Assembly: GCF_018977255.1 (NCBI RefSeq)
Contig: NW_024704783.1
Location: 434,001 to 498,000 of the forward strand
Source: Callorhinchus milii
Lineage: Eukaryota
DNA: 64,000 nucleotides
Reading direction: 5' to 3'
The position numbers and the translations under genes are program-made. Shown here one piece after another: positions 1-13,185 of the stretch (position 1 is its first letter; each line of letters begins with the position of its first letter). Under the pieces are notes generated by a model, which worked only from the letters and a program-made list of their open reading frames with translations, was not told where the DNA came from and made no database searches.

Positions 1-731
1 ACTGAAGAAATAATGTCATTACTGTCAAGTTACAGAGGTTGTTAGAGTCTAATTCTACTCCAATATAAAAATAAAGTTAGATATCAAAGAAAAGATTTTT
101 TTTCCCCAAAATCGTGGATCATTTTTCATGAATGAATATATGGTCAAAAGCTCAAATTGTTGATGTTGGTCAAAAGTTGATAAATAATTGATAAGATTTT
201 TGAATAGTGCCTCTGTTCAGGCAACAAATTACGCATTTGACGAGGTGGTATTATTTTAGATATTCACTGGACTGCAGACAGACAATAGGCATCGGTTATG
301 TTAGATTCTATAGGATTCGTTTTAGTGAATTAATGGATCCCAATATCTAATAGTTGTTTTACTGTATACTGAATTATTTAATATAACTAAGTTCAATTGG
401 TAAATGCAGAATTCATCGTTCATAATATTTGAAAACTTAAAGATCGAGCAGATTTAGGTATTGAGTAGGTTTAATCTCTATCAGCCTTGGGATCTCAGCG
501 ACTCGGGACATCCTCCCGACGTGAAAGGCACTGTATAAATGCAGTCTTGTTGTTGTTGTGTAAATTGATGCAATGCAACAAGATGTGGCTTTTTCAGTTC
601 TCTGAATAAAAGCATGAAAACCTACCCACACGGCATTTGAATCCATATATTTACCATCAATCAGGTTATTAATGCTGATGCTTGGTTGTACAATGATTCG
701 GGTACAAAAAACTTGATTGTAAAGTAAATAC

Positions 732-827
732 CAGAGGAGCCAGCATCAACGTGTACTCTTCTTGTTGGCAGATCTTCAATTTCTTGATAAGTTGCTTGAT
801 ACAAACGAGCAGATGAACAATTCTCCT
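732..827 (-). CDS. Cytoplasmic exon of SRCR receptor (EENCSSARLYQATYQEIEDLPTRRVHVDAGSS)
   Basis: 96-nt phase 1-1 exon, aag| ... G|gtattt; YQEIED resembles the YEEL-type motif of WC1-family tails; this reading frame is not in the ORF track. Confidence 0.7.
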
Positions 828-1451
828 CTTTTCGAAGTTGACATGTACAGAAATTAAAATATTAACTTGAAATCGCACAATGAAGTTTGAAGTTGATGTG
901 TATGTATATGGATCATGTAAGTTGGTGTTTTAGTATTTGAAATAAAATCATGATATCATTGTCATTATTGCCTTTTTCATCAGTGTGTTGTTTGCATATG
1001 TATTTTTTAATGTGCCTATGTGACTGCCTTTCTATTCATGTGCCTATATAGGTGTCTAGTTAGCTCCGTGTGTCGGTGTGTTTATATATTTGCGTCGCTG
1101 TGAATCGTTGTGTATGTAACTGTTTGTCTTTATTTAGCTAACGATGTGATTGTATGTATATTCCTGCATGAAAAATATGTTCGTGTGCTTAGCTTATATT
1201 GGGCGCATGTGTGTATTTATGCATTTGTGTTTGTTTATGAGCTGTGCATTCGAGTTCTGTGTCTTTAGTTTCAATTTGTTCATCTTTACAAATACATGTG
1301 AACACACGCAATGTAATCGAGACAGTAACAACAGCCAATGGCATTAAATGAGCAACGGAGATACACGTGTAAATGGGGCACAAGTTAGTTTTATCTGAAA
1401 TGATCAAAACAAAATTCCTGGCCGCGTCCTGATACCAGATTCCACGCTCAC

Positions 1452-1559
1452 CTCTTTCTGAAGAATCGCTGTCCATTTGTGTAATCAGTGCAAACAGTAC
1501 CAATGCTAACAGGATTCCAAGCACGATGCAGGCCACAAAAGGGATGTTGATCATCTGGG
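1452..1559 (-). CDS. Transmembrane exon of SRCR receptor (AQMINIPFVACIVLGILLALVLFALITQMDSDSSER)
   Basis: 108-nt phase 1-1 exon with a hydrophobic stretch and strong donor AG|GTGAG. Confidence 0.85.
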
Positions 1560-2112
1560 CTTCGCAAATCAAAACATATCGTTTGTTGTTTTGTAAAACA
1601 TTTGGAAGTCACACTTTCGAAATGGTAATGAAAAATACTTCATACTTTGTTGAAAATTATCTAAGGCCAAGTTTTACGCAGTGTATGACATGTTGCAAAG
1701 TGTAGTCAGATGAATGCCTAAACAATCTTAATAATTGTATACAAATGTAATCTTGTATATATTGAGCACTTTTTCTGCAGTTAAGCCGCCTGTTAATTTT
1801 ATGTAAAATATGACTTATGATAGGTTAGTTTATAAACATAGTGGCTGTAAATACATTTCGTTTATTACAAATAAATTGTAATACATAGTGGTAATATCAG
1901 TGAAAGTTATGCAACTTGTTATCAAGAAGACAATTAGTTTTATTATTTACCAAACGATGTGGCAGGGATTGTCGGTCTGGGAGGTTTACGTCCTGTAAAA
2001 CATCACATGCACCACTAATCCAGTAAACTTCCTATTTTGACTTTAAGTGATGCCAGAATTGATGTGAATGTGTCAAGAAACATAACAAAGTATTCAGAAA
2101 TCAGTTCCCTAC

Positions 2113-2424
2113 CGGAACAAACCACACCAGCATCTTCTTTATGAACGCAATCACTTTGACCCGCGGATGAAGCGACACAATCCCATAGAAAGGATTCACT
2201 TCCTCTACAGTGAAGCTCGTCCAGCCATATCTGACCAGCGCCTTGTCCAAACTCCGCCTGTCCCACAGCCCGCACGGCGGGGCCGCAGTCAAGCTGTCTG
2301 CACACCACTCCGGCCTCTCCGATATCCCAAGAGTCGTCACACACCGTCCCCCACGTGTTGTTGCTCAATACTTCAACTCTCCCCGAGCAAATGCTGCTTC
2401 CTCCAACCAACCGCAACTCCTGTC
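2113..2424 (-). CDS. SRCR domain exon (membrane-proximal)
   Basis: 312 nt, ttcag|GA CAG GAG ... TCC G|gtagg, all 8 Cys present. Confidence 0.93.
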
Positions 2425-2932
2425 CTGAATGCACAGTATTCATATCACGGATGTCAGTTATCCACACAAACAAAATACACATAATGTCATCAAAAGCATT
2501 TACCCATAAACTGTTACTTATAGTATAAGATTAATTATTCCATATAAATAAGCCTTCAAAAAAGATAGTAATAATAATAATTTGGTCACGCAATCCACGA
2601 CAGTCTTGGGCCATTGTTAATTACACAAACAAATAAAATAGGCATTCTTCCTCAATAGCATCAAACGAATTTGTCCTACAAAGTAATATTTATAGGATAA
2701 GTTTAATTATCCTGTAAATAATCCTTCAAAAATAGATAATAGAAATTTCGTCACTCGATCCACAACTGTTTGTGGGAAACTGCTGTGCACAATTGGTTGC
2801 CGCGTTTCGCCTGCAAGTATACATTCGGTACACTTTCCAATATATTCTGTGAAGCGCTTCTACACGTCTAGAATACATGTTATCAAATGGGAGGATTATC
2901 ACTCTTTCTGTAATGCAGTCGATGCACGTCAC

Positions 2933-3289
2933 AGTGGTACTGTGAAGCGCATTTGCAAATCCTCCTGATGTGAATGGTTTGGCAACAAATACAATTTATG
3001 TTCATTAATTTTTTTTCATTCAGTACTGATAAATGATGCTGATCAGTTGTCGACCCAAGGCACTGTTTTGCACCATTCGTTTTTTTCGTAGCTTTCTCTG
3101 CATTAAACATAGTGGTACTGTGAAGCGCATTTGCAAATCCTCCTGATGTGAATGGTTTGGCAACAAATACAATTTATGTTCATTAATTTTTTTTCATTCA
3201 GTACCTGATAAATGATGCTGATCAGTTGTCGACCCAAGGCACTGTTTTGCACCATTCGTTTTTTTCGTAGCTTTCTCTGCATTAAACAT
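2933..3289. repeat. Near-perfect tandem duplication, 178/179-bp unit x2
   Basis: agtggtactgtgaagcgc...attaaacat at 2933-3110 and 3111-3289; a single 1-nt indel seen. Confidence 0.9.
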
Positions 3290-3367
3290 AAATTTATAAG
3301 CGAAGTGCTTCCAATTGAAACACAATCAGTATTTACTCAGATATTTTAACAGAGGAACATGTCTTAC

Positions 3368-3682
3368 CTCAACAAATTACACCCACATCCTCGGAATGTT
3401 CACAGTTATGCTCACCCCAAGGTTGTGAGGGACATTGCCACAAGAACGATTCCTTTGAACTACAATCTATGTCATCCAGCCAAATAGGTCCAGATCCTTT
3501 GCGAAATTTACCATCATAATCAACAGTCAGAGCTTGGCCACAATCTAACTGTTTGCAGATCACCTCAGCAGCTTTCATTCCCACGGACTTCGAGCAGACT
3601 GTGCCCCAGGTCCCATTGTAAAAGACTTCCACTCTCCCCTCACAGGAACGTTGCCCATTTCCCAACCGCAGCTGCTTGTGCT
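3368..3682 (-). CDS. SRCR domain exon with in-frame TGA at its last full codon
   Basis: 315 nt, tacag|AG CAC AAG ... ATT TGT TGA G|gtaag (TGT TCA G expected). Confidence 0.9.
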
Positions 3683-3888
3683 CTGTAAAGGGAGAGTCCT
3701 GGATTTAGAAATTTAGCTTGGCCTCGTGTTTGTTAAATTGAGTTTATTAACCGTGCTGGAAAACAGCTCGGCATTATCTCCTCCTACATTAATTTATGAA
3801 CCTTAACAGGTTTCAACCCACAAACTTCGGAATGAACGTTGAGAGTGCGAGCAACAGAGCTAGGCTGACAGAGCAATTAATCTCTTAC

Positions 3889-4203
3889 CTGAACACACGA
3901 TTCTCACATCTTCTTTATGATAACAGTCATGCTGCCCCCATGGAGACGATGCACATTCGCAGATAGCTGATTCATTTCCTGAGCATCTCACCTCATCCAA
4001 CCAAACCGGCCCTGAGTCTCGCCCACAAGAGGCAGCAGTTGTTGCATTAACAGCAAATCCACATCCGAGCTGTTTACACGCAACATTCGCCTCAAGTGAT
4101 CCCCAGGAGTCATCACACACCGTCCCCCAGGATCCATTGTAGTAAATCTCCACTCTCCCAGCACAAGAACTCCCACCGTCCATCAGTCTGATCTGAATAT
4201 CTT
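3889..4203 (-). CDS. SRCR domain exon
   Basis: 315 nt, aacag|AA GAT ATT CAG ... TCA G|gtaag, 8 Cys. Confidence 0.93.
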
Positions 4204-4544
4204 CTGTTGAACAGAAGCAACGTTTACTTCAAGGTAAAACATGATATTATGTCCTCTGCCGGCTACCAACTCTATTTTAGTTAAATTTAACTCGGACCCC
4301 AACGTTACATGTAGCTCAAAATCAACCTCAGAATAGATGATGGTGAAATGCAAAAAGCAGCTAAGCCATAAGAATAATCTTTGTATTTGATCTAACACCT
4401 TCTCATGTGCTCGAGACGAGCCAAAGCGTTTCACGTATTATAAAGTAAAGTGAATAAACTATACGTTTTTTGAAGGCAATGCGGCAGCCAATCCAGCACT
4501 GGAATTTCCCAGAAACTGTCGTGAATTGAGTGACCAAGCTGTGA

Positions 4545-4838
4545 ATCAATTTATTGAGTGATTTATCGATTGAATGTTTGCTTCTTTGCTTGGTCGATTG
4601 GTTGACTGATCGTTTGAGAGATTGATCGATTGATTGACAGATTGCTTAATTAACTGATTGATTCTTTAGTTTTTTGATTGTTTGGTTGTTCGACTGATTG
4701 ATTGATTGATGGATTGATTGATTGATTAATTGACTGACTGACTGACTGACTGATTGATTGATTGACAGATTGACAGATTGCTTGATTAACTGATTGATTC
4801 TTTCGTTTTTTGGTTTTTTGATTGTTTGGTTGTTCGAC

Positions 4839-4883
<45 letters not shown>

Positions 4884-4905
4884 CATTGATTGATTGATTG
4901 ATTGA
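4545..4905. repeat. Compound (TGAT)n/(TGAC)n microsatellite with internal duplication
   Basis: Long tgattgat runs; the block ttttttgattgtttggttgttcgactgattg occurs twice. Confidence 0.9.
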
Positions 4906-5036
4906 AGAGATTATCAACCATCACCCCCACACACGCACGCACACCACTCTCCGAAAAAAATCACTCCCCAATCGAGTAAAAACTGGCAACTAAAATCTAG
5001 TATTCAAATCTAAATTAATGGCAAAAGTTCACTCAC

Positions 5037-5348
5037 TTGAATACTGCACTCCAACATCATTCGTGTTCCTAATTGATTGGTTTAGCCTGGATGGTTTGCA
5101 CTTCAAAAGATGTGATTCATTTCCTTGACACTGAACGTCTTTCAGCCATATGGACCGTTTACCTTCTCTGTACAACGGAGAGCTATAGGCTGTTATGGCA
5201 GGACCACAGCCCAGCTGTCTGCAAACCACATTCGCATCACTTAAATCCCAGAACTGATCTTGTAATCGCCTCCAGTTTCCATTGCGGTAAATCTCCACAG
5301 TTCCAGAGCAGGAACTGCCACCGTCTACCAGCCTGAGCTGTTTGTCAT
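5037..5348 (-). CDS. SRCR domain exon (lacks C2/C7; terminal Cys replaced by Tyr)
   Basis: 312 nt, aacag|AT GAC AAA ... TAT TCA A|gtgag. Confidence 0.88.
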
Positions 5349-5674
5349 CTGTTCCAATTGTAAAATAAAACTTCACGTTCCTTTAGGGAAAAACACTACG
5401 TTTGTGTTATAATATTATTCAGCATCCGAATATTAATTGCTGGTCAATGTATTGAGAGTGTGTGAAACTTGATCGTGTATTGTTTGCCGTTCTTCTGTCA
5501 AAGCACATTCACAAAACCACAATTCAATGATATCAATAATTCAATGATATCGGAAGTTTGTACTTCAATGGAGTATGACACGCTCACCGTCAGTGAGGCA
5601 TTTTGTAAGTTATTTAACAATGTGATATTAAAATGGACAATGATTGGTTCTATTTATCAGTAAAATGCACTCAC

Positions 5675-5989
5675 CTGTACAAAGAACTCCCTCATCCCGG
5701 CTGCTCCTGGAGGACGGAGCCACTGTGGAATGTGGGCAGTTCCAGATGTGTGTCTCGCTTCCCGCACACTGAACATTATTGATCCACACAGGTCCAGTGC
5801 CTTCCCCGTACTGGGAAGAGGTGTAGACTGAAAGAGCAGAGCCAAAGTTCAGCTGTCGGCAGATGCCATCGGCATCTGATATATTCCATGAATCGTCCAG
5901 GAATCTGCCCCAAGTGCGGTTATGATAAATCTCCACTCGCCCACCACAGCGGCTCCCACCGCACTCTAAACGTAAGTGCCACTGTGTAC
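5675..5989 (-). CDS. SRCR domain exon (lacks C2/C7)
   Basis: 315 nt, tgcag|GT ACA CAG ... ACA G|gtgag. Confidence 0.9.
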
Positions 5990-6755
5990 CTGCAACGATT
6001 TCATTCGACAATTTGTCAATTAAAATTTGTGAGAACTGAAGGCAAGATAACCACAGCTACTGATTATTAAAACATGGCAGTTTGTGTTTGACAACACACC
6101 TGACATCATGATTTGAAAACTATAATAAAGTAGAAATAACAACAAACTTTCACACTCTGCGATGTTACCCGATCTAACATCAACCACAGACAATAACATA
6201 CACAATGACAGCAGCCCCCAGCCCAATAACTCAACAAAAATCAACCTAATGCGTCAGGAAGGCAACCGGAGAAGAATGGAAATAATTGTTGCAATTGTAG
6301 CAGAAGAGCTTTATGGTAACATCAGGACCAGCCTACAATGTGGGAGTGAGGCGTACCTCCGTGACTCAGGAGAATATGCAGCTGCGCTCTCGTTTGCAAT
6401 AGTATAACTAATATATATTTTACCGACTCGGGGTAAAGTGGCTCATCTTGAAAATCTAAGGAAGTCGTGGATTAGTTTTGTGCTCAGTTTTAGCGACTGA
6501 AATTTTTGTCACCAGTAGTACTTGGGTAATATCTTGTCATGCGTGCTACTCTTATATTAGATCAATGTTATTTATTAAAAAAATGTGTTGAATTTGGTGT
6601 GAAAAAAATGTCTCAACTGTTTTATAATTATTGGCTTTTCGTCTATAAAACCGACAGTTACTATACTTTACAGGCTACCTCTTGAAGCGTTTTGAGGCAT
6701 CTGAAGGACTTAAAAGTCGCTTTATCAAATCAATGTTTATTATTATTGCACTCAC

Positions 6756-7070
6756 CCGAACATACAACAGTAACGTCATGGTTATGTGTGCAGCTGAACT
6801 TTTCCCAGAATGAAACAGGACACTCCCACAACAGGGATTCGTTACCAATACAATTAAAGTTAGTTTTCCAGATACGATCTCTTCCTATCCCCAACTGTGC
6901 TTCAGGACCAGTTGACAAAGCAAACCCGCAATCCATTTGCCTGCACAGCACATCAGCGTCTTGTAAATCCCAATAATAATCGCAGATGGAACCTGATTTG
7001 TAATCACGCTGCAGTTTAACTCTGCCAGAACAGTTGTTGTTTCCACCGATTAACTTTAGGGAATGATATT
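6756..7070 (-). CDS. SRCR domain exon (EYHSLKLIGGNNNCSGRVKL...VVCSG)
   Basis: 315 nt, tacag|AA TAT CAT ... TCG G|gtgag; only the 3' part appears in the ORF track. Confidence 0.9.
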
Positions 7071-7835
7071 CTGTAGTGGAAGAATTAACGTGATATAAAT
7101 TGATATTACCAGAATAAAATGAGAAATAAAAACAAAGGGCTAAGAGATAAGTGATTTACAGAAATATTTGTGGCAGACAGCAGGTAGATGAAAGGTGAAA
7201 CAATGATCAGATACGTGGTCTCAGAAATCTACATGTAGTTTCATGTCTGGTGACTACCGCAGTGTTACAAAATATGAATTTATATCCAAGTGTTTAACCC
7301 GGCAAATAAACAACACAATATTCGACTATTCATGCACGTTACTAGTGCATCACAGACCATTTAACAGCAACTGATGTGCAATAATCTGAGAGGGTGAGTA
7401 GCCAGACTATGAGATAAATCACAGTCTATATGCGAGGTTTATAATCTTTCTCTATTTTGCAGTAATTTGTCAATTTGACACAGAATGCGCAGAAGCAATA
7501 TCTCTTTGATATATAGTGTTATCATTGGTGTCGTTCCCTACCTCTGTGAAGCTGAAGAGATGGACAGCGCAGGAGGATTTTTTCTCTGCCCCGTCAAATG
7601 CTTTTTACAAATGATTACTATTATTAGTGTCTGAGAGTCGAACATGATCAAATATGTTGAATCACTTGTCGTACTGTTCACATGGTGACAATTGTTGGTC
7701 CTATCGCACATCCCGATTTTCCCCATTTTTTTGTATATAAAAAGTAATTTAAAAGTCAACCACGCAGAGCATAATCTGTTTAATAACGTATCTATGTCGA
7801 TATCATATATGTTGACACTTTAGTGAAGCCTGTAC

Positions 7836-8087
7836 CTGAACAGATTATGCCACCATTTCGCTCGTGTCCGCAGGCAGGCCGACCAATAACAGGCCCTGAT
7901 CCTTCTCCAAAGCGAGAGTCACCGGATACTGATAAAGAAGATCCACATCCCAAATATTTACAAATATATCTTGCCATCTCCATGCTCAGGGTATCTCCAC
8001 AAACTGACCGCCAAGTCTCCTTGGTATACAGCTCTACTCTCCCCATACAGCGGCTGCTTCCATTCACCAGTCTGGGACTTTCAGTTC
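7836..8087 (-). CDS. Shortened SRCR exon with non-canonical (CGG) acceptor
   Basis: 252 nt; missing the C.G.E..L..C segment; upstream reads ggcgg|GA ACT GAA instead of ...cag|. Confidence 0.7.
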
Positions 8088-9419
8088 CCGCCAATTATAG
8101 AAAATGAATCATCATCAAGGATACTTTCAACGTTATATGCAATAAAATAGAAGAACTGGTATTAATCTAGTGCCCTGCGGCCAGCCTAGTGTCCCAGATC
8201 GCTTTTCAATATCATATAATTGCGGACGGGTTGCTTTGACCATTCCTTGTTTATCAGCAGATATGCATGGAGTGGTGCATATTGGAGACGTGGATGTGGT
8301 GTCCAAAATGCCGCAGGTCTCATAATTGTGATATCAGGTTATATATCTGATGAAAATATTTCATACTACTTGTGTTTGTGGGAATCTGTTGGGAAAAAAA
8401 CATATCCTGTAAAAGGAAATAATCTGTGGTTTGAGAAGCTTTCAGTTGCAAAAGTCTGTTTAGAATCAACTGAAGACATTAAGCCTGTGTATGAGGACGT
8501 GCAGTAAGGTTTTGATTTCTTTGGGAAAAGCTGGAGGAGGCAAGAACAATATACGCTAGGGGACAGAAGACACAAGTCCTTACGTTGTGGTTAAAGAGCT
8601 GGATACGTTCGGTTTTGCAACACTAATTTGACGTAATTATTGCTCATCAATACTGATTGTCTAGGCAGTCGGTTGTGGCAGCAGAGTTCATGAAGTGATG
8701 GAAACTTCAAATTCAAGCATTTCTGATAAATGGCTTTTCTCGTCGGGATGACGTCCAAAATCTCTTCACTGGATTCGTTGTCAAATTCAATCATTCTGTA
8801 GTTTCTTGGTGGCGAAAATAGTATTTGTGCCCAAACTTCAAGAAAGGTCACCAAGAATTGTGTGGGGATAACGAGGGGCCGATAATCCTGTTAGAACGTT
8901 AGCTTGTTTGTCAATTACAAATGTAATTTCAGATTTCAAAAGTCCTCATTTTTAATATCGCAACACCTATGACAGTAGGGGTCGCAAAGCTCTTCACAAG
9001 ATCTCCTGCAAAGTTTAATGAATGTATGTTGTCTGAGACAGATAACTCGGGAAAGGAAAAATTTGTTTCAAACTAAAACAACAACTTGTAAATATGCAAC
9101 ACATGCAGGATCGGTTAACAGTCGCTGACCCGGAGTCGGGGGGTGGGAATAAAGAATACCTTAGCCAAGTGTCTCAAAATTAGAAATGAGCTGGCCAGGC
9201 GTAGCGACTGAGGGATTGTTTTGGATGACACATTTATCATTGCCATAAGGACACACTGCGCCTTTGAATATAGGGCTTTCACCGTGATCCCCAAAGTATG
9301 GATTTAATAATAATAATAATACACTCACATAGTCTAGGATACAATCTTTATTAGAATTTGTCACGTTGTGGTTTACATAAAATATGAGGACTGTAATAAA
9401 TGATCAGAGAATGATTTAC

Positions 9420-9737
9420 CTGAGCAGATGACGCCGACATCAGAGGTGTGTGACCAGGAATAGTGATACCAGGGCCATGACTCACAATCCCTCAGAGCAG
9501 AATCACTCCCTCTGCACCGAACATCCCACGTCACAACGGGACCGGAACCACTCCCAAAGTGAGCGCCTCCTGGTGCTGACAACGCGTCTCCACAACCCAA
9601 CTCCTTACACGCCACAGCCGCGTCCAGCATATCCCAACCATAATAGCCAGAGTCATCCACTGTGCCCCATTGTTCGCTATGGTAAACCTCCACTCTCCCG
9701 GCACACGGGCTCCCTCCATTTACCAGCCGCAAAAGAT
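9420..9737 (-). CDS. SRCR domain exon, WC1 a1-like N-terminal type
   Basis: 318 nt, agcag|AT CTT TTG ... TCA G|gtaaa; WGTVDDSGYYGW, no C2/C7. Confidence 0.9.
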
Positions 9738-10392
9738 CTGCTAAATGATCACAGGCAACAAGTATTTGTATTTGATTCCCAAACAAGCAGGATGATCACA
9801 ACTATAAGAATAATCCTCATAATTTAACTTAGCTGCCGTATTTGCCTATACAATCACAATTACTTAGATTAAGCGGATGAAGATGTTTGCAGTCTGTATC
9901 AGTGCGTTGTAACTAATATAGAGGAAATCTTGAATGGGAGTTCACAATGTTTTACAGAATAAAATACTTTTAAATGTGCTGCAGCCACATGTCCCCGTAT
10001 GTTAGCTGGCACTTCCAAGTTGAGCGCGATGAGGGACAAAGCTCTTCCAATTGTATGATTCAAATAAGAAGAAAGGTAAACGTGAACTAGAATCAACGTT
10101 TTGATGGTCAAACGTGATTCCTCTTTTGGATCACAGCGGAAAATCTTACTATTCGAGAGTGCCTACGGTCACCTGCCTTTTTCTCCAGGGTCGGTGTCAC
10201 CCGCAAAGCGGAGACATTGAGGGATTGTCTTGGATGAAATGCTGATCGTTACCCTGAGGACATACTGCGCAATTCATTGTATTTCAGTTCCGGTCTGAAA
10301 ACAATTCTGATTCAAAGATTGAAGCCTCTCCTTATTAGAAAAAGAGAAAATAAAGAAAATGAACATTGATCTGCGGCGGAGGTTGAGGAGCA

Positions 10393-10642
10393 GCAGAGCA
10401 GACTCACTCCCTCTGCACTGAAAATCAAACGTCACAACGGGAGGTGATCCCCTCCCAAAGTGAGCGTCTCCTGGTGCTGACAGCGCGGCTCAGCCAAACT
10501 CCTTACACACCACAGCCGCCTCCGCCATATCCCAGCCACGGCCACCAGTGCCATAGCCACGCACTGTGCCCCATTGTCCATCCTGGTAAACCTCCACTCT
10601 CCCGGCACACGGGCTGCCGTCATTTACCAGCCTCAAACGATC
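10393..10642 (-). pseudogene. Degenerate SRCR pseudo-exon (a1-like copy)
   Basis: [56 protein letters not shown]...; in-frame TGA, acceptor removed by a deletion relative to the 13515 copy, 3' end truncated. Confidence 0.85.
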
Positions 10643-11887
10643 CATTTCCAATCACGCAGGATGATCATAATTATAATAATAATGATCAATATACTCAACT
10701 TAGCTGCCGCATTTGCCTACAACATACACAGTGACCGTTCTTCACAGTAGCTTCTGTGAAACACTGGAGGAAATGTAAAGGCTATGACAAAATATCATAC
10801 CTGATGCAAAGGTAATCAATGATGGGACTTTCGCAATGCTTTTCAGAAAAAAATAGATATAAAGTTTCTGCAAAGATCACGTTTATTTGCCATTTATATC
10901 TTTAGCGGTGTGTTGGACAGTGGTGCTAGGCTTGCATAATTAGTAAATGTGGACTTGTATCAAGGTGTGGCTGACGGGACGGGAGCTCAGGTTGGAGAAA
11001 GTTGTAAAACAATCAGATGATTCGAAGAAAAGAACGGGATATTAAAGTCGTGTTACTGAGATTTGTATCAATGTGGGATAAAATAATGTGAGGTTGTGGT
11101 GATTCGGGAATTCTTTTTCAACAAGACGGTCAATGAATATATTTTAGAATTATCATGCTCGGAAGGAAGACAGGAATCGCCTTAAAGTTCCCACAAATGT
11201 GGGGTTAAAGACAAACAGAGGAAATATTCCTCGCCGTTCAGTATTGTAAAACTAACTCGAGGACAGACTCAACGTGAGATGAATTGAAGTTGTGGGTTAG
11301 ATCAACATCAGCAGCAACATCGTCTTGAATTTTGTAGCGCCTGTGACCCAGGTGGAGTCTATGAGCACGTAGTGGGGTAGAGCTTGCCCTGGAACTCTCG
11401 AACTCTCCATCCTCCTTGTCTACTCTTTTAGTTCGCATCGGATGAACTACCTGTTCGACGTCACTCTTTTCCCCAGTTGGTGCCCTGCTGTCACAAGAGC
11501 TCTGGGACGCAACGCTGCACGAGAGGCGTTTTATAAATGCAAGGTGTTGTTGGATAGGCTGAAGCTAGTGGACAGATGGGGTTGATAGATGAGTGTGGTG
11601 TAAACACGATAGATAGCGGAGTGCCAGATTACGATGTGAGTGGTGCGTGAGTGACAGGATCGTTAAAAGTGATCCATGCTGTAATTGAAAGCCAATCATG
11701 CCTGCCAAGTATAAGAGAGGCAGCAAATTGCTTTTGCGGCATAATTAGCACCCATTGTGCCGGGACAATGGTCCTAAACTGGAAAGATGTTGTTACGTAG
11801 TTTGATGGCGGTGGCAGTTTTATTTAATTATACATTATGAATGTTGCGCTGGGGAGCAAATAACAAACAAAATAATACAATACTCAC

Positions 11888-11920
11888 ACTGTGTTTTAGA
11901 TTGAATATCTGCTTGTTGGC
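11888..11920 (-). CDS. Candidate 33-nt mini-exon (GQQADIQSKTQ) upstream of an a1-like domain
   Basis: tttcag|GC CAA ... CAG T|gtgagt, phase 1-1; paralogue at 14869-14901. Confidence 0.55.
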
Positions 11921-12235
11921 CTGAAACGCGAAAGATATCGCCAGGCAAATATTTTACAAAATTGGAAAGGATGATCAAGACATTGGAACGATTTAATCTT
12001 CCGCAATCATATTTTCGAAAAATAAAGGGTAAGCCGAGGCTGTGCTCGTTCCACTGCTCATTGTTGCGCTACTGGTCAAACAAAAAGTAAGGACTGAAAT
12101 TTAGGCCTTGTAGGTGAGGATGAGGATCTTGAATGTCACGTCTTCTAATCATCTCAAAGCACGCTTAATGAAATAAGATCAATTTTAAGAGATTATTTCT
12201 ACTAATGCATGAGTCGAGTTCAATAGCGAATTCAG

Positions 12236-12666
12236 GATCGTCATTCTCACCTACAAGGCCATTCACGGTATCGCTCCCTCCTAACTCTCCGACCTACTAT
12301 CCCGCTACCGACCTGTCCCTACCCTCTTTTTCTCTGACTCTGGTCTTCTCCACATCCTCCGCCCGAACCACCCTACCATCGGTGGCCGGGCCTTCAGCCT
12401 CTCAGCCGCTAGGCTCTGGAACTCCATCCCCCAGTGCCTTCGCCGCTTCCTCCCTTTCCTCCTTCAAGGCCGGTCTCAAGACCCTTCTCTTTGACCATAC
12501 CTTCAGCTCCCCTCTCGACTCTCCACCCCCTCCTCGCTCCCTGCCTTCCCTCCCCTCAAACTGATTATTTTCCCCCTCGTCGGGACTTGACCCAACTCCC
12601 CAGCGTCTTGGGACGTAATCCCGACTTGAAAGGCGCTCTATAAATGGACTATTGTTGTTGTTGTTA
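12236..12666 (+). mobile_element. L2 LINE 3' fragment
   Basis: Matches 39805-40290 of the long element, ending in aaaggcgctctataaatgga-(ttg)n. Confidence 0.88.
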
Positions 12667-13185
12667 TCATTGATCACACGGCATCAATTTGACATAATCA
12701 CATGCAACCATATATGTCAATACATTTACAGAAATTTTAAGCAATGCCCAAGCTAAACAATTTCACACATTGCCTCTGTTCGGGCTTTCACCGAAATTAG
12801 TTCTTTCAGTATATCTGCCCATTCCTGCTCCACACACCAGTTTTACGCCTAGTCATTCATATACATTTATACAGTGATACGTATTGCCTGAACCTCAGCA
12901 ATTCTTTCCTCCCCTCCGTCCGTCCACATACGGCGTATGATGAGACAACAAAAACAACCAGAACAATTTGCACATATATGTTACCCGTTGAAAAACACAA
13001 AGGATCTTATGTCGACAAATGTACTTGTTGACAATTCTACATCCCAACAGCATGACACGCAGACTAGGGATTTAATGATAATAAACCGACAATCTGTGGA
13101 ATGCAATCTCTATCAGGGTTTCACAAACTGTGGTTTGCCGAAAATATGAGGTCTGAAAAATATGATCGGATACTGAAATATTTAC

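Noticed and set aside
4650-4886. ORF rich in NQSI repeats
   Set aside because: Translation of the (TGAT)n microsatellite.
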